Source: Thermoplasmata archaeon (GTDB lineage Archaea; Thermoplasmatota; Thermoplasmata; Lutacidiplasmatales; UBA184). Taken from it: a DNA stretch of 49,718 nucleotides. The position numbers and the translations under genes were made by a program. The notes under the pieces were generated by a model. That model made no database searches. It was not told the DNA's origin and worked only from the letters and a program-made list of their open reading frames with translations. How positions within the stretch are numbered: position 1 is the stretch's first letter; each line of letters starts with the position of its first letter. Location of the stretch: contig JAJZDH010000001.1 in NCBI GenBank assembly GCA_021828665.1, forward strand, positions 1-49,718, read 5' to 3'. Positions 1 to 11,000 of this stretch are shown one piece after another.

Positions 1-307
1 TCGAGCCCCCATCCCCTCGAGACCCACCGCGACCATCCTCGCCGAGCCTCCGGTCGGCGACGGGCCGGGACGGGACCCCGAGACATCGCATCGAGATCCA
101 CCGAGGACCGTAGAGGAAGGACGACCCCCCGTCGCAATCTCCCGTGCGGGGTCCCCTGCCGCCCGCTTCGAGGCGGCGGCTCCCTCGCGTTCCCACGGTG
201 AGGGCCGCGCCGCCGGGGGGACCCCGCATCGGGGGTCGCCCCGCACGCTCCTTTCGAGCCTCCTCGTTGGAGGCGCGGGGAGGTGCTCGGCACCGGGCTA
301 GGTGAGC

Positions 308-3300
308 TTACGCCGGAGGGCTTCCTCCGCCCTCGGATCCGGATGAATTCATGCTGCCATCGCTCTGCATCTTGGGAAGTTCCCCCGGATTGGACCCATC
401 GTAGGTCGACGTGGAGCTCGAGCTCGTGGTGGGGCTCGTCGAGGAGGTTCCCCGGCTACCCCCGCCTCCCCGCCGCGATAGCATCACGATGGCGATCGCC
501 GCGACGAGAATGAGGATCACCGCGATCGCCCCGTACAGATAGATCGGGTTCAGGCCTGTCGAGGTTGGGCCCTTGGGCGTAGGTGGACAGGTATTCGTCT
601 GCGTGCAGTTCGTGGGGGGTGGGGACTGTGTCAGCAGGATGGGAACGTAGGTGACATTCCCCGGCGACACCGCCACGGTGGCGAAGCTCAAGCTTTCATA
701 GCCACCGGCGGAGCCCGTGACATTGTAGAAGCCCTTTCCCGCCGGCTCCGTCACATTGAACAATCCCGTGACCAGGTTCACCGTGATGTAGTTCTGATTG
801 ATCTGGACGTGCCCGGTCACCGGGGTGATCGTGCCGTTGATCCACCCCTCGTTCGTGAGCTTGATCGTGAGCGGCGTGGTCTTCTCGGGCACGACGACCA
901 CATCCCATTTGAACAGGCTGTAGCCGGGCGCCGTCGCCGTCACCACATGCGTCCCCCCCGGGAGCTCGGCGGTGGTGAACGACCCCGCACTGACCGTCTG
1001 GGGGACGCCGTCGACCTGCACGAACGCGGTGGTGGGCACGACGGAGATATGGATGTAGCCACCGACCAGGGTCACGGCCACGGAGGTCGTCTGGCGGGGG
1101 TTCACGCTGACGTTATCGAAGAACGGGGCGTATCCGGTGAGACTCCCCTGCACCTCATACGTCCCCCAGGGGACGACCAGCGAAAAGATGCCGGGGGAGA
1201 TGATGCCGGGGGTCGTCCCGTTGATCGTCACGTTGGCCGCGGCCGGCGTGATGGTTCCATTGATCCATCCCGTGGTCCGCGGCAGCACCGCGGAGACCCG
1301 GACGACCTCGAACTGGGAGGTGGGCACCGTGGTCGTGTAGGTCTGGTAGTCCGGACCGGCCGAGATGGTGACCACGTACGACGGTCCCGCCGGGACGGTC
1401 TCGTTGTAGGCGTCCGTTGTCCCGTTGTGGGCCAGCAGGGCCGCCGCCGTCGACCCGATGTGCACCGAGAGGGAGGGGACATTCGGTCCCACGAACCCGA
1501 CGATGAACGCCGCCGGAACCGCGATGTAGTTCGCGGTGAGGCTGGCGCGCTGTCCGCCGTAGGTAAAGATGGCCGGATCCTGCAAACTGGTGGTCAACCC
1601 CGACCAACCGGAGAACTCGTAGACGTAGGTGCTGTTGTCGGAGGCGAACTGGGGCGCCTGGACCCGGACCGCGCTTCCGTTGAGGACCACGACCGACCCC
1701 GGCGCGGAGACGACGGAAGTGGTGGCCGGAGAACTGACCGAGACATTGATCCCGGCCACATTGCTCGAGACATTGACCAAGTGGAGATTGGCGGAGAAGA
1801 TCTGCTCGTTGAGATTCGCGCAGGTGACGTCACGGCAATCCGACCACGTGGCGTAGGCGCCATTCGAGGAACCCACGAGACCGGTGTTCGGACCGAAGTT
1901 CGCGAACCCGGAGGCCCCGGTCAGGCTCGTCTGATCGGAGACCTGGAAGATGGGCGACCACTTGGCTCCCCCATCGGTCGACACCACGGCCTGCTCGGTG
2001 AACTGGCCACTGGTGGAACTGGCCTCGTAGAAGGTGACCCAGAGGTACCCGTTCGCGTCGACCGTGATCTTCGGATCCGCATAGCTGGTGATGCCGGTGA
2101 GATTGGCCGTAAGGTAGACCGGGCTCGACCAGGTCGCGCCACCGTTCGAGCTGCTCGAATAGGCCACGCTCGGTTCGCCGATCGCCGAGAAGGACCGGTT
2201 GTCTCCCCAGACCAGGTACAGCGTGCCTTCATGGGAGGAGCCGGGAACCGTGTTGACCGCCAACGAATAGATGGGGGTCACTTGATAGTTGATGGAGTCG
2301 TCCGGAAGGCTCTTGACCAGGAACACCGAGGGCCCGATCAAGTTCTTCATGACGGACCAGGTGGAACCGTTGTCGGTCGATGTGGCGAGCGAGGTGGTGA
2401 AGCCCGCCGCGGTCGCGGCGACGGAGCCGTTGAGTCCCATGAGATACAGGTCGTAGCTCGGAGCCGGCCCCACGGAAAGGGTGGGGAAGAGCGTGTTGTT
2501 TCCGTGAAGGACGGGCGCCGACCAGGTGACCCCGCCATCCGTCGTCGTGGAGGTGTAGGTGTTGAACGAGGTGGCCGGCGGAGAGACGTACAGCTGGCAG
2601 GTTCCCGAGGAGGCCGACCAGAAGAATTTGCCGCCATAGTTGATCTTCTCTTCGGTCCACGCGACCGTCGCATCCCCGTTCACGGGGTTCATCGCGATCG
2701 ACGGAGTCCCGTACGTCGTGTTGCCTCCCAGGTACCCCGCCACGGCCGTTCCGCCGGTGCAGTTGGCCTGGTTCGTCGGAGCCGGAACAACAACATACAC
2801 GAACGGATTCCACTGGGAGATATCGGCGGTCTGGACCCAGTGAGCGCCTCCGTTCGGGGAGCGGGCCACGGCGACGCCCTGCGGCGCGGTGATATTGGCC
2901 GTGTTGTTGCAGGCGGAGATGGCGGTCGGGGGAAGAACCCCGCAAGCCTGGGTGAACAGGCCCGCCATGAGGAGGTTCCCGGTGCTGTTCGAGGCAAGGC
3001 TCAGCGGCTCGGCTCCCGGCGCGGCGAACGTGGGGTTGAAGAGGGCATTGCCGGCACCCCAGATCGAGCCATAATCCGATGCGCCGGTCTGGCTCCAGGT
3101 GGCGTTGGCCGGGGGCGTTGCGAAGGTGACGGTGCCCCCCACCGTCCGCACGAACTCCACGAGCCCGCTGTGGAAGAAGGAGGCGCTCGGCAGGAAGCCG
3201 CTGTCCCAACCCGTCAGGACGCTTCCGTTCGCAATGGAGTTCCAGCTGTAGATCGCGGTTTCGGTCGAGCTGTTGGACTTGCCGATCAGGGTGGTCGTGG

Positions 3301-3697
3301 AGGAGTAGCTCAGATTGAAGAGGAGCGTGTTCTGCGCCGTCGATCCGTCGGCGGGTCGGGCGAGCGACCGGCCGGCGAGGGACCCGGTCGGAAGATGGAC
3401 GGCCAGCGCCGAGAACGGCGTGGCTGCCGGGAGCGGGTGCGACGAGGGGGCGGCTCCAAAGTTGGCGGCGCCGGTCCGGGCTTCGGTCGCGAAGGGCACG
3501 ACGCTGCCCCTTGGCGCGGGGACCGCGCCGGGACCGAACGTGGAGCTCGAAAGGAGGGCTCCCGAGGGGGAGACCATCACCGCCACCACCAGAAGGACGA
3601 GGGACAGGAGGAGGAAACGACCCCAACGGCCCGAGAGGGGTCCGGAGAGTCTGTTCGCGAGTGGGGCTTCGTTGGTCAGCGTCTGCGATGAGTTCAT
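308..3697 (-). CDS. Membrane-anchored surface protein: signal peptide, BNR/Asp-box (sialidase-like propeller) region, PEGA-like repeats, C-terminal TM helix and Ser/Gly-rich tail (1129 aa)
   Basis: Hydrophobic N-region FLLLSLVLLVVAVMV. Asp boxes SPNGGAHW, TTDGGVTW, STDNGSTW, SSNGGATW, STDGGAKW. PEGA-like units (GWINGTITP...GTYEVQGSLTGY; GGTHVVTATAPGY). TM IYLYGAIAVILILVAAIAIVML followed by SRR. The ATG overlaps the upstream stop (ATGA, 3694-3697). Confidence 0.85.
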   Translation of the reverse strand: MNSSQTLTNEAPLANRLSGPLSGRWGRFLLLSLVLLVVAVMVSPSGALLSSSTFGPGAVPAPRGSVVPFATEARTGAANFGAAPSSHPLPAATPFSALAVHLPTGSLAGRSLARPADGSTAQNTLLFNLSYSSTTTLIGKSNSSTETAIYSWNSIANGSVLTGWDSGFLPSASFFHSGLVEFVRTVGGTVTFATPPANATWSQTGASDYGSIWGAGNALFNPTFAAPGAEPLSLASNSTGNLLMAGLFTQACGVLPPTAISACNNTANITAPQGVAVARSPNGGAHWVQTADISQWNPFVYVVVPAPTNQANCTGGTAVAGYLGGNTTYGTPSIAMNPVNGDATVAWTEEKINYGGKFFWSASSGTCQLYVSPPATSFNTYTSTTTDGGVTWSAPVLHGNNTLFPTLSVGPAPSYDLYLMGLNGSVAATAAGFTTSLATSTDNGSTWSVMKNLIGPSVFLVKSLPDDSINYQVTPIYSLAVNTVPGSSHEGTLYLVWGDNRSFSAIGEPSVAYSSSSNGGATWSSPVYLTANLTGITSYADPKITVDANGYLWVTFYEASSTSGQFTEQAVVSTDGGAKWSPIFQVSDQTSLTGASGFANFGPNTGLVGSSNGAYATWSDCRDVTCANLNEQIFSANLHLVNVSSNVAGINVSVSSPATTSVVSAPGSVVVLNGSAVRVQAPQFASDNSTYVYEFSGWSGLTTSLQDPAIFTYGGQRASLTANYIAVPAAFIVGFVGPNVPSLSVHIGSTAAALLAHNGTTDAYNETVPAGPSYVVTISAGPDYQTYTTTVPTSQFEVVRVSAVLPRTTGWINGTITPAAANVTINGTTPGIISPGIFSLVVPWGTYEVQGSLTGYAPFFDNVSVNPRQTTSVAVTLVGGYIHISVVPTTAFVQVDGVPQTVSAGSFTTAELPGGTHVVTATAPGYSLFKWDVVVVPEKTTPLTIKLTNEGWINGTITPVTGHVQINQNYITVNLVTGLFNVTEPAGKGFYNVTGSAGGYESLSFATVAVSPGNVTYVPILLTQSPPPTNCTQTNTCPPTPKGPTSTGLNPIYLYGAIAVILILVAAIAIVMLSRRGGGGSRGTSSTSPTTSSSSTSTYDGSNPGELPKMQSDGSMNSSGSEGGGSPPA

Positions 3698-6600
3698 ACG
3701 TGTTCCTCAGGATTCGGAGTCTCCTCGGTGGGAGCCGAGATGCCTAGGCGCGGCTCCTCTTGAAGGTTTGCAGGGCCGGTCGACGGCTCGTCCATCGACG
3801 CCATCGATGCGCCGGGGGACGCGCTGGCGGGCGGCTCGCCGGGCGACGATCCGCGTCGTCGCCGGGCGAAAAGGACCGCCGCGACCAGGGCGGCGAGGCC
3901 GAGCAAGAGAACGCCCACCGCCAGGGTCGGGAAGGCGAAGTTCGTGAACGGGGGAGCGGTGCTGACGCTCAGGGTCGTGTTGGAATAGGCCAGCCGGCCG
4001 TACGGATCCTTGACCACCAGACGGACCTCAAACACGCCCGGGTGGGTGTAGTCGTGCGACGTGAAATTGGCCGGCGTCACCGCCGAGCTTCCGTCTCCGA
4101 AGTTCCAAGTGTAGGTGTACGTGTACGGTGGCACCGGGGTCGCCACGTTGGCCTGGAAGGGCACCTGCGAGTTCGTATACGATCCGGAGGGCGCCTGCAG
4201 GGTGACGACGGGGGGCACCGGCCCGAAGAGGAATTCGACCCAGCCGCTTCCCGTCAAATTGACCTCGGTGGCTCCGCCGCCCACCACGACGCCCGCGCTC
4301 GAATTCCAACCGGTCAGGTAGTCGCCCGCGCACCCCGTGGGATCCACCGCGTAATTTCCCTGGATCAGTTCGACCGACGAGTTGTTGAAGTACTCGGCTC
4401 CCTGGAAGAGGACACCACCGCACGCGGCGGGGGTGACGAGGAAGGTCAGCTGGTACTTGAGGGGGGAGAACAGCGCGGTCAGGATTCCGCTCCCTTCGAG
4501 GGTCAGCGTTCCGGGCCCGAGGAGGGCATCGGTGGTATTCTGCCAGCCGGAGAATCCATACCCGTTGCAGGCGGTGGCCCGCAACGGCACCGGCGCATTC
4601 TCCGGGATGGTGGCGGTCGCTCCATTGGTATAGTTCGCACCGTTGAGGGAGATCGTTCCGCAACGGCTCGGAAGCGTGTACAGGTAGGCGACCGCGAGCG
4701 GATGGAAGATCGCCGTGATGGAACCTGGACCGCTCACGAAGGCCGTGTTGCTTCCCGTGATCTGGATCCCGAGACCGATGGTCGACCAGCCCACGAAGCC
4801 CTCTCCCGCGCACGGAATGGCCCCCAGCGACCAGCTCGTATCCGGCGCCACGTAGGTGGACTGGGTGTCGGCATACGGGACACCCCCGAAGAGGATCTCG
4901 CCGCAGTGAGCCGGGTTGGTCACGAATCCCACCCAGGTCTTCGGAGTGCCCTTGCCGAACGTTGCAATGAGGAAGCCGCTTCCCTGGATGGCCACCCGGT
5001 TGCCGGTGACCTGGATGCCGCCCGAGCCGCTGAGACCCGTCGGATAGAACCCGGCGCAGGAGACCGGATAGGCGGTCGCGTTCGAGATCCCGGTCGCATT
5101 GAGGACGGTGTCGTTCCCGTACGTACCGTTGTAGGCCCCCCCGATCCACCGGATCCCTCCGCAGAATCCCGGAACGGTGATCACCGTGACCAATTTCAGG
5201 GGATAGTTGATCTCGGTCACGGTTCCGGTCTGCTGCACCGTGATCGCACCGGCCGATATGGAGATCCCGGGGGTAACCTCGAACGTCCGGAAACCGTAGT
5301 CCACGCAGGGAAGCTGCTCGATCGGGTACGGGGTTCCCGGTGCGACCGAGACGTTCGAATTGTTGACGTAGCCCGCCCCCCGGAACAAGATCCCGCCGCC
5401 GGGGCAGGACGCCGGTTGCACCTGGAAATCGAGCGTGATCGCCTGGCTGCTCGGGAGGTAGTTCGCGGTGATGGTCCCATTGCCCTGGAGGTACAGGACC
5501 GATCCCAGGATCGCGATCGTCGAGCTATTGGAGACGGTCCACCCCGAGAAGCTCGAAAGCGCGCAGGCCTGCTCGTCGAGAGTGTAGTTCTCATCGTCGA
5601 GGAGGGGAACCGAGGTGGCGAACGAATAGGAGGTCCCGTTGAGTACGATGGTCCCGCATCCGGACGGAGGGTTCGCGATGGCGAGGGAGAGGGTGTCCGT
5701 CGGGCGGATGTAGCGCCAGAACCCCTCCAGCGAGCCATTCGCGGTGATGGTGATCTCCCCCCGCGCCCCGGAAGGAACGGTGATGCCGGCCGACGCCGTC
5801 CAATGGCCGAAGACCCACGGGTAGCAGAGTTGGGCGGAGAGAGGGTAGGTGCCGGCCTCGATCGCGGCCGTCTGCCCGTTCGTATAGCGGGTCCCGTTCA
5901 GGACGATCGCCCCGCAGCTTCCGGCATTGATGGTCACCGAGACCGAGAAGGTCGGGATGGTTTCCCGCTGGACGAACATCGTCTTGAGGCCGGGCGCCGG
6001 AAGGCCGATCACTTCGCCTGCGCTATCGGTGGCCCACACCCGGTAACTGATCTTCCCATCCCCGCCGGTCGCCGGAATCGAGCCGCGGTAATACCCGTTC
6101 GAGAGGGTTCCGTTGGTCCGGTTCATGGTCGCGTTCCCGCCGCTCCCGTCCGGCAAGGTGTACGCCACCGAGACCTTCGAGATGTTTCCCAACACCTGCC
6201 CCAGGACGGTCACATTCAGTCCGGTGGAGGGAGCAACGAATCCACCGCGGGAACTGTTGGTGAGGGAAGTGAGGAAAAGCGGCACGAAGGCGGTCGGATA
6301 CCCGGTGGTCTGGTACTGGTTTCTCCCTCCGAAATTCTGGGTGGCCCAGGGTTTCTGGGTGGGGAAATTGAGCTGGCTTCCGTTGAAGGTGAACTCGGGA
6401 TAGTAGCCGGTGGTGGGGCCGAGGGGGCAAAGGATCCCGGAGATGGGGCTCGAAGCGCAGGCCCCGGTCAGCGACATCGGGGAGAACTCGGCAAACTGGC
6501 CCGAATAGGCCGTGCCGTTGAAGTATGTGGGAGGGTCCAGAACGACCGGGTCGGTGCTGTTGAGCGTCGATTCGGTATAGGAATAGCACGAATACGGCGC

Positions 6601-7578
6601 CGAGTAGTCGCAAAGATCCGCGCCGAAACTGACCCCCATCGGCTCGGAACTCCAATTAAGCGCGCAGTACAGGGAGCACGCCGCGCGGAACGCCGGTCGC
6701 AAGTTCCCGGCCCCCGTCGTGGTGTTGTTGAGGATCACGGAATCATGGAGGGATTGATACGAATCGTTGACATAGATGCGGAGGGGGGAGGTTCCGCTGG
6801 CGTTCCCGACGAACGTGACGTTGAGCTGGTGGCCGCCCTCGACACCGTAGGCCAGGAGCTGGCCCGATCCGCCTCCCAGGAGGTTCTCCATGCAGGCGAA
6901 GCTCGAGCTCACGCTGTTGTTCCAGGTGAATTCGTACGCCGCCGTCGATGGGCAACCGCCGCTGAGCCGGGCCGACCACACCGAAACCACCACGTCGTAG
7001 CTCGCCGACGAGGTGTTGCCGAGGAAGGAAACCTCGGCATAGGATTGGTTGTAGATCGAGCGGGCGTCTCCCGAGACGACCATGCCGAGGTCAAACCCGT
7101 CGAAGATGGATTGGATGCCACCGGAGACGTTGTCCGGTGGCAGGATGAGGGGGAACTCCACCCGGGCCGCCGAGCCCGGAACCGACGAATCGAAGCTCGC
7201 ATGGACCTCATCGTGGAAGGCGTACGAAAGCGGCGGTTGCGGATCGGCGAGGGCACAGGTCAGATTCACGGCGTTCGGGTAGGGGGGCGCGAGGGTGTAG
7301 TCCGAGCCTTGCACCCATTGGTACTCCTCGGTCGTCGTCGGGCACGTAAAGGAGGGGCGGACGAGCATCGAGGGCGAAGCCCCGCCGTATCGTCCCGAAG
7401 GCGCCACCGGACTCGGATGCAAGGAGGCGAGGGGGGGAGCGGCAGCCGACCCGACCCCGGCCACCCCCGGAACGTACGAACTGACGAGGAAGAGGACCAC
7501 GAGAGCGACGGCGAAAGCCCCGCTCCACCGAAGCCGGGACCCAGGCCCCGCCCGTCCCGAGGCCCGAACCTCAGTCAT
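3694..7578 (-). CDS. Cys-rich membrane-anchored surface protein with 7 Cys-paired repeats, a PKD domain and a C-terminal TM helix (~1294 aa)
   Basis: Start re-assigned to ATG 7578 (MTEVRASG), which overlaps the stop of the 7575-8006 gene and precedes a signal peptide. PKD signature YTYTWNFGDGS...SHDYTHPGVFEVRLVVKD. TM LAVGVLLLGLAALVAAVLFA followed by RRRR. Confidence 0.85.
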   Translation of the reverse strand: MTEVRASGRAGPGSRLRWSGAFAVALVVLFLVSSYVPGVAGVGSAAAPPLASLHPSPVAPSGRYGGASPSMLVRPSFTCPTTTEEYQWVQGSDYTLAPPYPNAVNLTCALADPQPPLSYAFHDEVHASFDSSVPGSAARVEFPLILPPDNVSGGIQSIFDGFDLGMVVSGDARSIYNQSYAEVSFLGNTSSASYDVVVSVWSARLSGGCPSTAAYEFTWNNSVSSSFACMENLLGGGSGQLLAYGVEGGHQLNVTFVGNASGTSPLRIYVNDSYQSLHDSVILNNTTTGAGNLRPAFRAACSLYCALNWSSEPMGVSFGADLCDYSAPYSCYSYTESTLNSTDPVVLDPPTYFNGTAYSGQFAEFSPMSLTGACASSPISGILCPLGPTTGYYPEFTFNGSQLNFPTQKPWATQNFGGRNQYQTTGYPTAFVPLFLTSLTNSSRGGFVAPSTGLNVTVLGQVLGNISKVSVAYTLPDGSGGNATMNRTNGTLSNGYYRGSIPATGGDGKISYRVWATDSAGEVIGLPAPGLKTMFVQRETIPTFSVSVTINAGSCGAIVLNGTRYTNGQTAAIEAGTYPLSAQLCYPWVFGHWTASAGITVPSGARGEITITANGSLEGFWRYIRPTDTLSLAIANPPSGCGTIVLNGTSYSFATSVPLLDDENYTLDEQACALSSFSGWTVSNSSTIAILGSVLYLQGNGTITANYLPSSQAITLDFQVQPASCPGGGILFRGAGYVNNSNVSVAPGTPYPIEQLPCVDYGFRTFEVTPGISISAGAITVQQTGTVTEINYPLKLVTVITVPGFCGGIRWIGGAYNGTYGNDTVLNATGISNATAYPVSCAGFYPTGLSGSGGIQVTGNRVAIQGSGFLIATFGKGTPKTWVGFVTNPAHCGEILFGGVPYADTQSTYVAPDTSWSLGAIPCAGEGFVGWSTIGLGIQITGSNTAFVSGPGSITAIFHPLAVAYLYTLPSRCGTISLNGANYTNGATATIPENAPVPLRATACNGYGFSGWQNTTDALLGPGTLTLEGSGILTALFSPLKYQLTFLVTPAACGGVLFQGAEYFNNSSVELIQGNYAVDPTGCAGDYLTGWNSSAGVVVGGGATEVNLTGSGWVEFLFGPVPPVVTLQAPSGSYTNSQVPFQANVATPVPPYTYTYTWNFGDGSSAVTPANFTSHDYTHPGVFEVRLVVKDPYGRLAYSNTTLSVSTAPPFTNFAFPTLAVGVLLLGLAALVAAVLFARRRRGSSPGEPPASASPGASMASMDEPSTGPANLQEEPRLGISAPTEETPNPEEHV

Positions 7579-8006
7579 GGCCGCCTTCCCTCCTTTGGAT
7601 CGAAGATCTCGAAGCTGGGTATATCCTTGAGGTGGCGGATGCGGCGGCCCTTGCCGCCCGTGCCGCCCGAGCTCTGGTACCACTCCTCGTAGGAATACAT
7701 TCCAAGCACTCCCCCCGAAATGGTGAGCGCGAACGGGACCAGCTCGGCCCACGTCGTGTGCGGGAGAGCCGAGGGGACGGCTCCCGAGATCCCGAGCCCG
7801 AGATAGACTCCGGCGGCGAAGAGCAGGATGCCGAGCAAGAGGAGCGCGAGCCAGGTGGAGCTATCGATGGGATCGCTCTCCGGTGCGGCCTTCCCGACGG
7901 GGGCCGCACCGACCGCTGGACGTGGCTCCGGAAAGTCCGAAGGGGCGTCGCGGCCGCCGTTCGAACCGGCTCCCGCCTCCGGCCGAGGTCCACCGCCCGC
8001 GTCCAT
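7575..8006 (-). CDS. Small two-TM membrane protein, hypothetical (143 aa)
   Basis: Two hydrophobic helices (WLALLLLGILLFAAGVYLGLGI; LVPFALTISGGVLGMY). Its stop overlaps the next ATG, and it lies directly downstream of the AAA ATPase. Confidence 0.7.
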   Translation of the reverse strand: MDAGGGPRPEAGAGSNGGRDAPSDFPEPRPAVGAAPVGKAAPESDPIDSSTWLALLLLGILLFAAGVYLGLGISGAVPSALPHTTWAELVPFALTISGGVLGMYSYEEWYQSSGGTGGKGRRIRHLKDIPSFEIFDPKEGRRP

Positions 8007-8093
8007 CCCGATTCCTGCGAATGCCGCCGTGGGGCCTCGCCGTGGGGTTCACCGGCCCGCCGCGGGATCCGCCGGTCGTGGGGCCACAACGGC

Positions 8094-11000
8094 TTAGCCA
8101 CGCGTCCCATACGTCCGGATGAACTCCTCCGCCCACGCGAGCGTTTCCGGAGTGATGCTCGACTTCGTCTTCCCGACGGCGGCGAGGAGGTTGCTCATGC
8201 GGATGCCGACCACCTCGCTCTTCGGTTCCTTGGCGCCGACCTTGACCGCCCCCTTGCCGAACAGCCCGCCGACTCCCCCGGCGGGGGAGGCGGAAACCTC
8301 CGTCACGAGCTGCTCCCGCAGGGCGATCAGCTTCGCCTCATCGACACAATTGGCGATGTCGGCCCCGCTGAAGCCGTCCGAGCGCCGGGAAAGGTCCCCG
8401 AAGTCGACGCTCCCGTCCACGGGCACGCCCTTCAGATGGATCCGGAAGATATCCTGGCGGGCCGCGACATCGGGCGGCGGCACGTAGAAGATCTTGTCGA
8501 ACCGACCCGGTCGCAGCAGCGCCGGATCGAGCGTCTGGGGCCGGTTGGTGGTGGCGATGATGATGACCTTGTCCTTCGGCCGCAGCCCGTCCATTTCCGT
8601 CAGGAACTGGCTGACCGCCCGGGAGACTTCGGGGGTGCGCATCGATTCCTTCGACGCGAGGGCGTCAATCTCGTCGAAGAAGACGATGGACGGGGCATTC
8701 TCGCGCGCCCGGTAGAGCACATCCCGCACGGCCGCCTCGCTCTGCCCGGCGAGGGCGCTCACCAGCTCCGGACCGTTCACGATCTGCATCGGGACGTTGA
8801 GCTCGTTCGCCGCCGCCCGCATGATGTGGGTCTTCCCGCACCCCGGGGGACCGAAGAGGAGGATGCCCCGGCCGCTCTTGATCTTGTAGCTCTCCATGAG
8901 CTCGGGCCGGGTGAGCGGCAGTTCGACATACTCCCGGATCGCCTGCTTGATGTCGGTGAGCCCGCCGACATCGTCCCAGTGGACGACGATCTTGCGCTCC
9001 ATCCGCTGGGTCTGGTGCATCTTCCGCTCGTAGTCGAGCTTCATCGTCTCGTAGTCCGTGATCATCCGCAGCGAGATCGAGGGCTTGATCCGGGGCATGA
9101 CCTGGTTGAAGTCGTCCATGGTGATGACGCTGTCCGCCTTCGTCATCATCGACCTGCGGACGGCGATCGTGGCCGCCTCGCGCACCAGGTTGGCCAGATC
9201 GGCGCCGCTGAACCGCTCCGTCTTCTTCGCGATCTCGGAGAGATCGATGTCTCCCGCGACCGGTCGTCCGGAGAGGTGGACATGGATGATCTCCATGCGC
9301 TCGTTGAAGTCGGGGGGCGGCACGTAGATGATCTTGTCCAGCCGGCCAGGGCGCATCAGGGCCGGGTCGATCATGTCGGGCTTGTTGGTGGATCCGATGA
9401 CGATGACCCCCGCGGACTTGTCGATACCGTCCATCTCGCTCAGCAGGATGGAAAGGATGCGCGGCGTGACATCATCGGCGGTGTACATGTCCCGGCGCTT
9501 GGCCACCGCATCGATTTCATCCATGAACAGGATGCACGGGGAACGCTCCCGGGCCGTGCGCAGGAGATCGGCGACCCGGTTTTCGGACTCCCCGTACCAC
9601 TTGCTCATGAGGTCGGAGCACTTGATGGAGATCATCTCCACCCCGAGCTCGCTCGCGAGCGCCTTCATGAGCATCGTCTTCCCGCAGCCGGGGGGACCGA
9701 ACAGCAGAATCCCCTTCGGCGGCTCCAGCTTGAACCGGGTGGTCACGTCCTTGCGCATCAAGGGGATGATCATCGACTCCTTGATGTCCGCCTTGACATC
9801 GTGGAGCCCTCCGACCATCTCGAAGGTGGTCTTCTGCAGCCCCTTCATCTCGGCGACCCGGGAGCCGACGCTGGTGGCCCCGAGGCGGCTCGTGAAGTAG
9901 GACTCGAAGACATCCTTGAGGACCAGCCCTCCCGCGACGCACGTGATCATGGCCGGGATGAACAAGAGGGCGCCGATCATCCAGAGCGAGGTGTAGTTGA
10001 AGGCGACCATGCCCACCAGGGTGACCCCCGCGAGCACGGCCCCGGCGATCGCTCCCGACTGGAACAGGTTGCGCTCCGTCTGGCGCTCCCTTTCCTTGAA
10101 AGCGACGGTGACGATCCAGGCGGCGAATACCCACGCGCCGATCTGGGCCATGGGAATCGCGAGCTCCCCGAAGCCGCCGGAGCCCTGGACCAGCACCTGG
10201 AAGTTCGGGAACAGAAGGTTCGCGTAGGCCGAACCGATGCTGTTGAGCGTGAAGTACGGGATGGGAAGCGTCGGGAGCAGGGCCGCGGCGTGACCCGACA
10301 CCAGGGTGCGGCTTCCGTTCCCTCCGGGGCCCACCAGGTACCCAAAGATCGGCAGATTTCCGAGCGTGACGAAGAGGCTGATCAGGAGCCCGCCCGCCAC
10401 CGCCACCGCGAGGCCGAGATAGAGCGAGAAGATGAGGGCCATGAAGATCGGGACGGCGAACGACAGGCCCACGGGGGCGAGGAACAGCGTGAGCAGCGTT
10501 CCGAACGCGAACCGCCAATCGACGAGGCCCGCGTACAGGACCGGCAACACGGCGAAGAGGAAGACCAGCCCCAACGCCCCGCTCTGGTACGCCACTTCCG
10601 GAACCACGAGGAGCGTGAGGACCAGGAGGGCGAGCTGGGGGTATTTCCAGGCGATCGCCATCACCGCGCCCACGATCAGGATGACGTACGGCCAGGGATA
10701 GAACGGGAACATGAATCCCGCGAACGCCGCCGTGGCGCCGAGGAGCCCGACGACCAGGTTCCGGGGGTCCTTCGTCTGCTGGCGGACCCACTTCTCGAGC
10801 GGGGAAGCGAAGACGAACGCCCCGATCAGGCAGAGGATCCCGAGGATGATGAGGAAGAGGAACAAGCCGTCGTATTGCCAGTTGGGCACCGGCTGGATAT
10901 ACTGGCCACCGATGGCGACGGCGGAAGCCCCGGTGGGTCCGCCCTGCGAGATCGCCGCATGCGTCGCGTCCGCCGCGGCATCCAGCGTGAGATAGCTCAC

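Noticed and set aside
1..307. Possible minus-strand gene start near position 86 (MSRGPVPARRR...) and small hairpins at ~219-273
   Set aside because: There is too little sequence before the window edge, and short hairpins are expected by chance at this GC content.
308..3697. Calling the Asp-box protein a true sialidase
   Set aside because: Asp boxes are structural, and I could not identify the FRIP motif or arginine triad.
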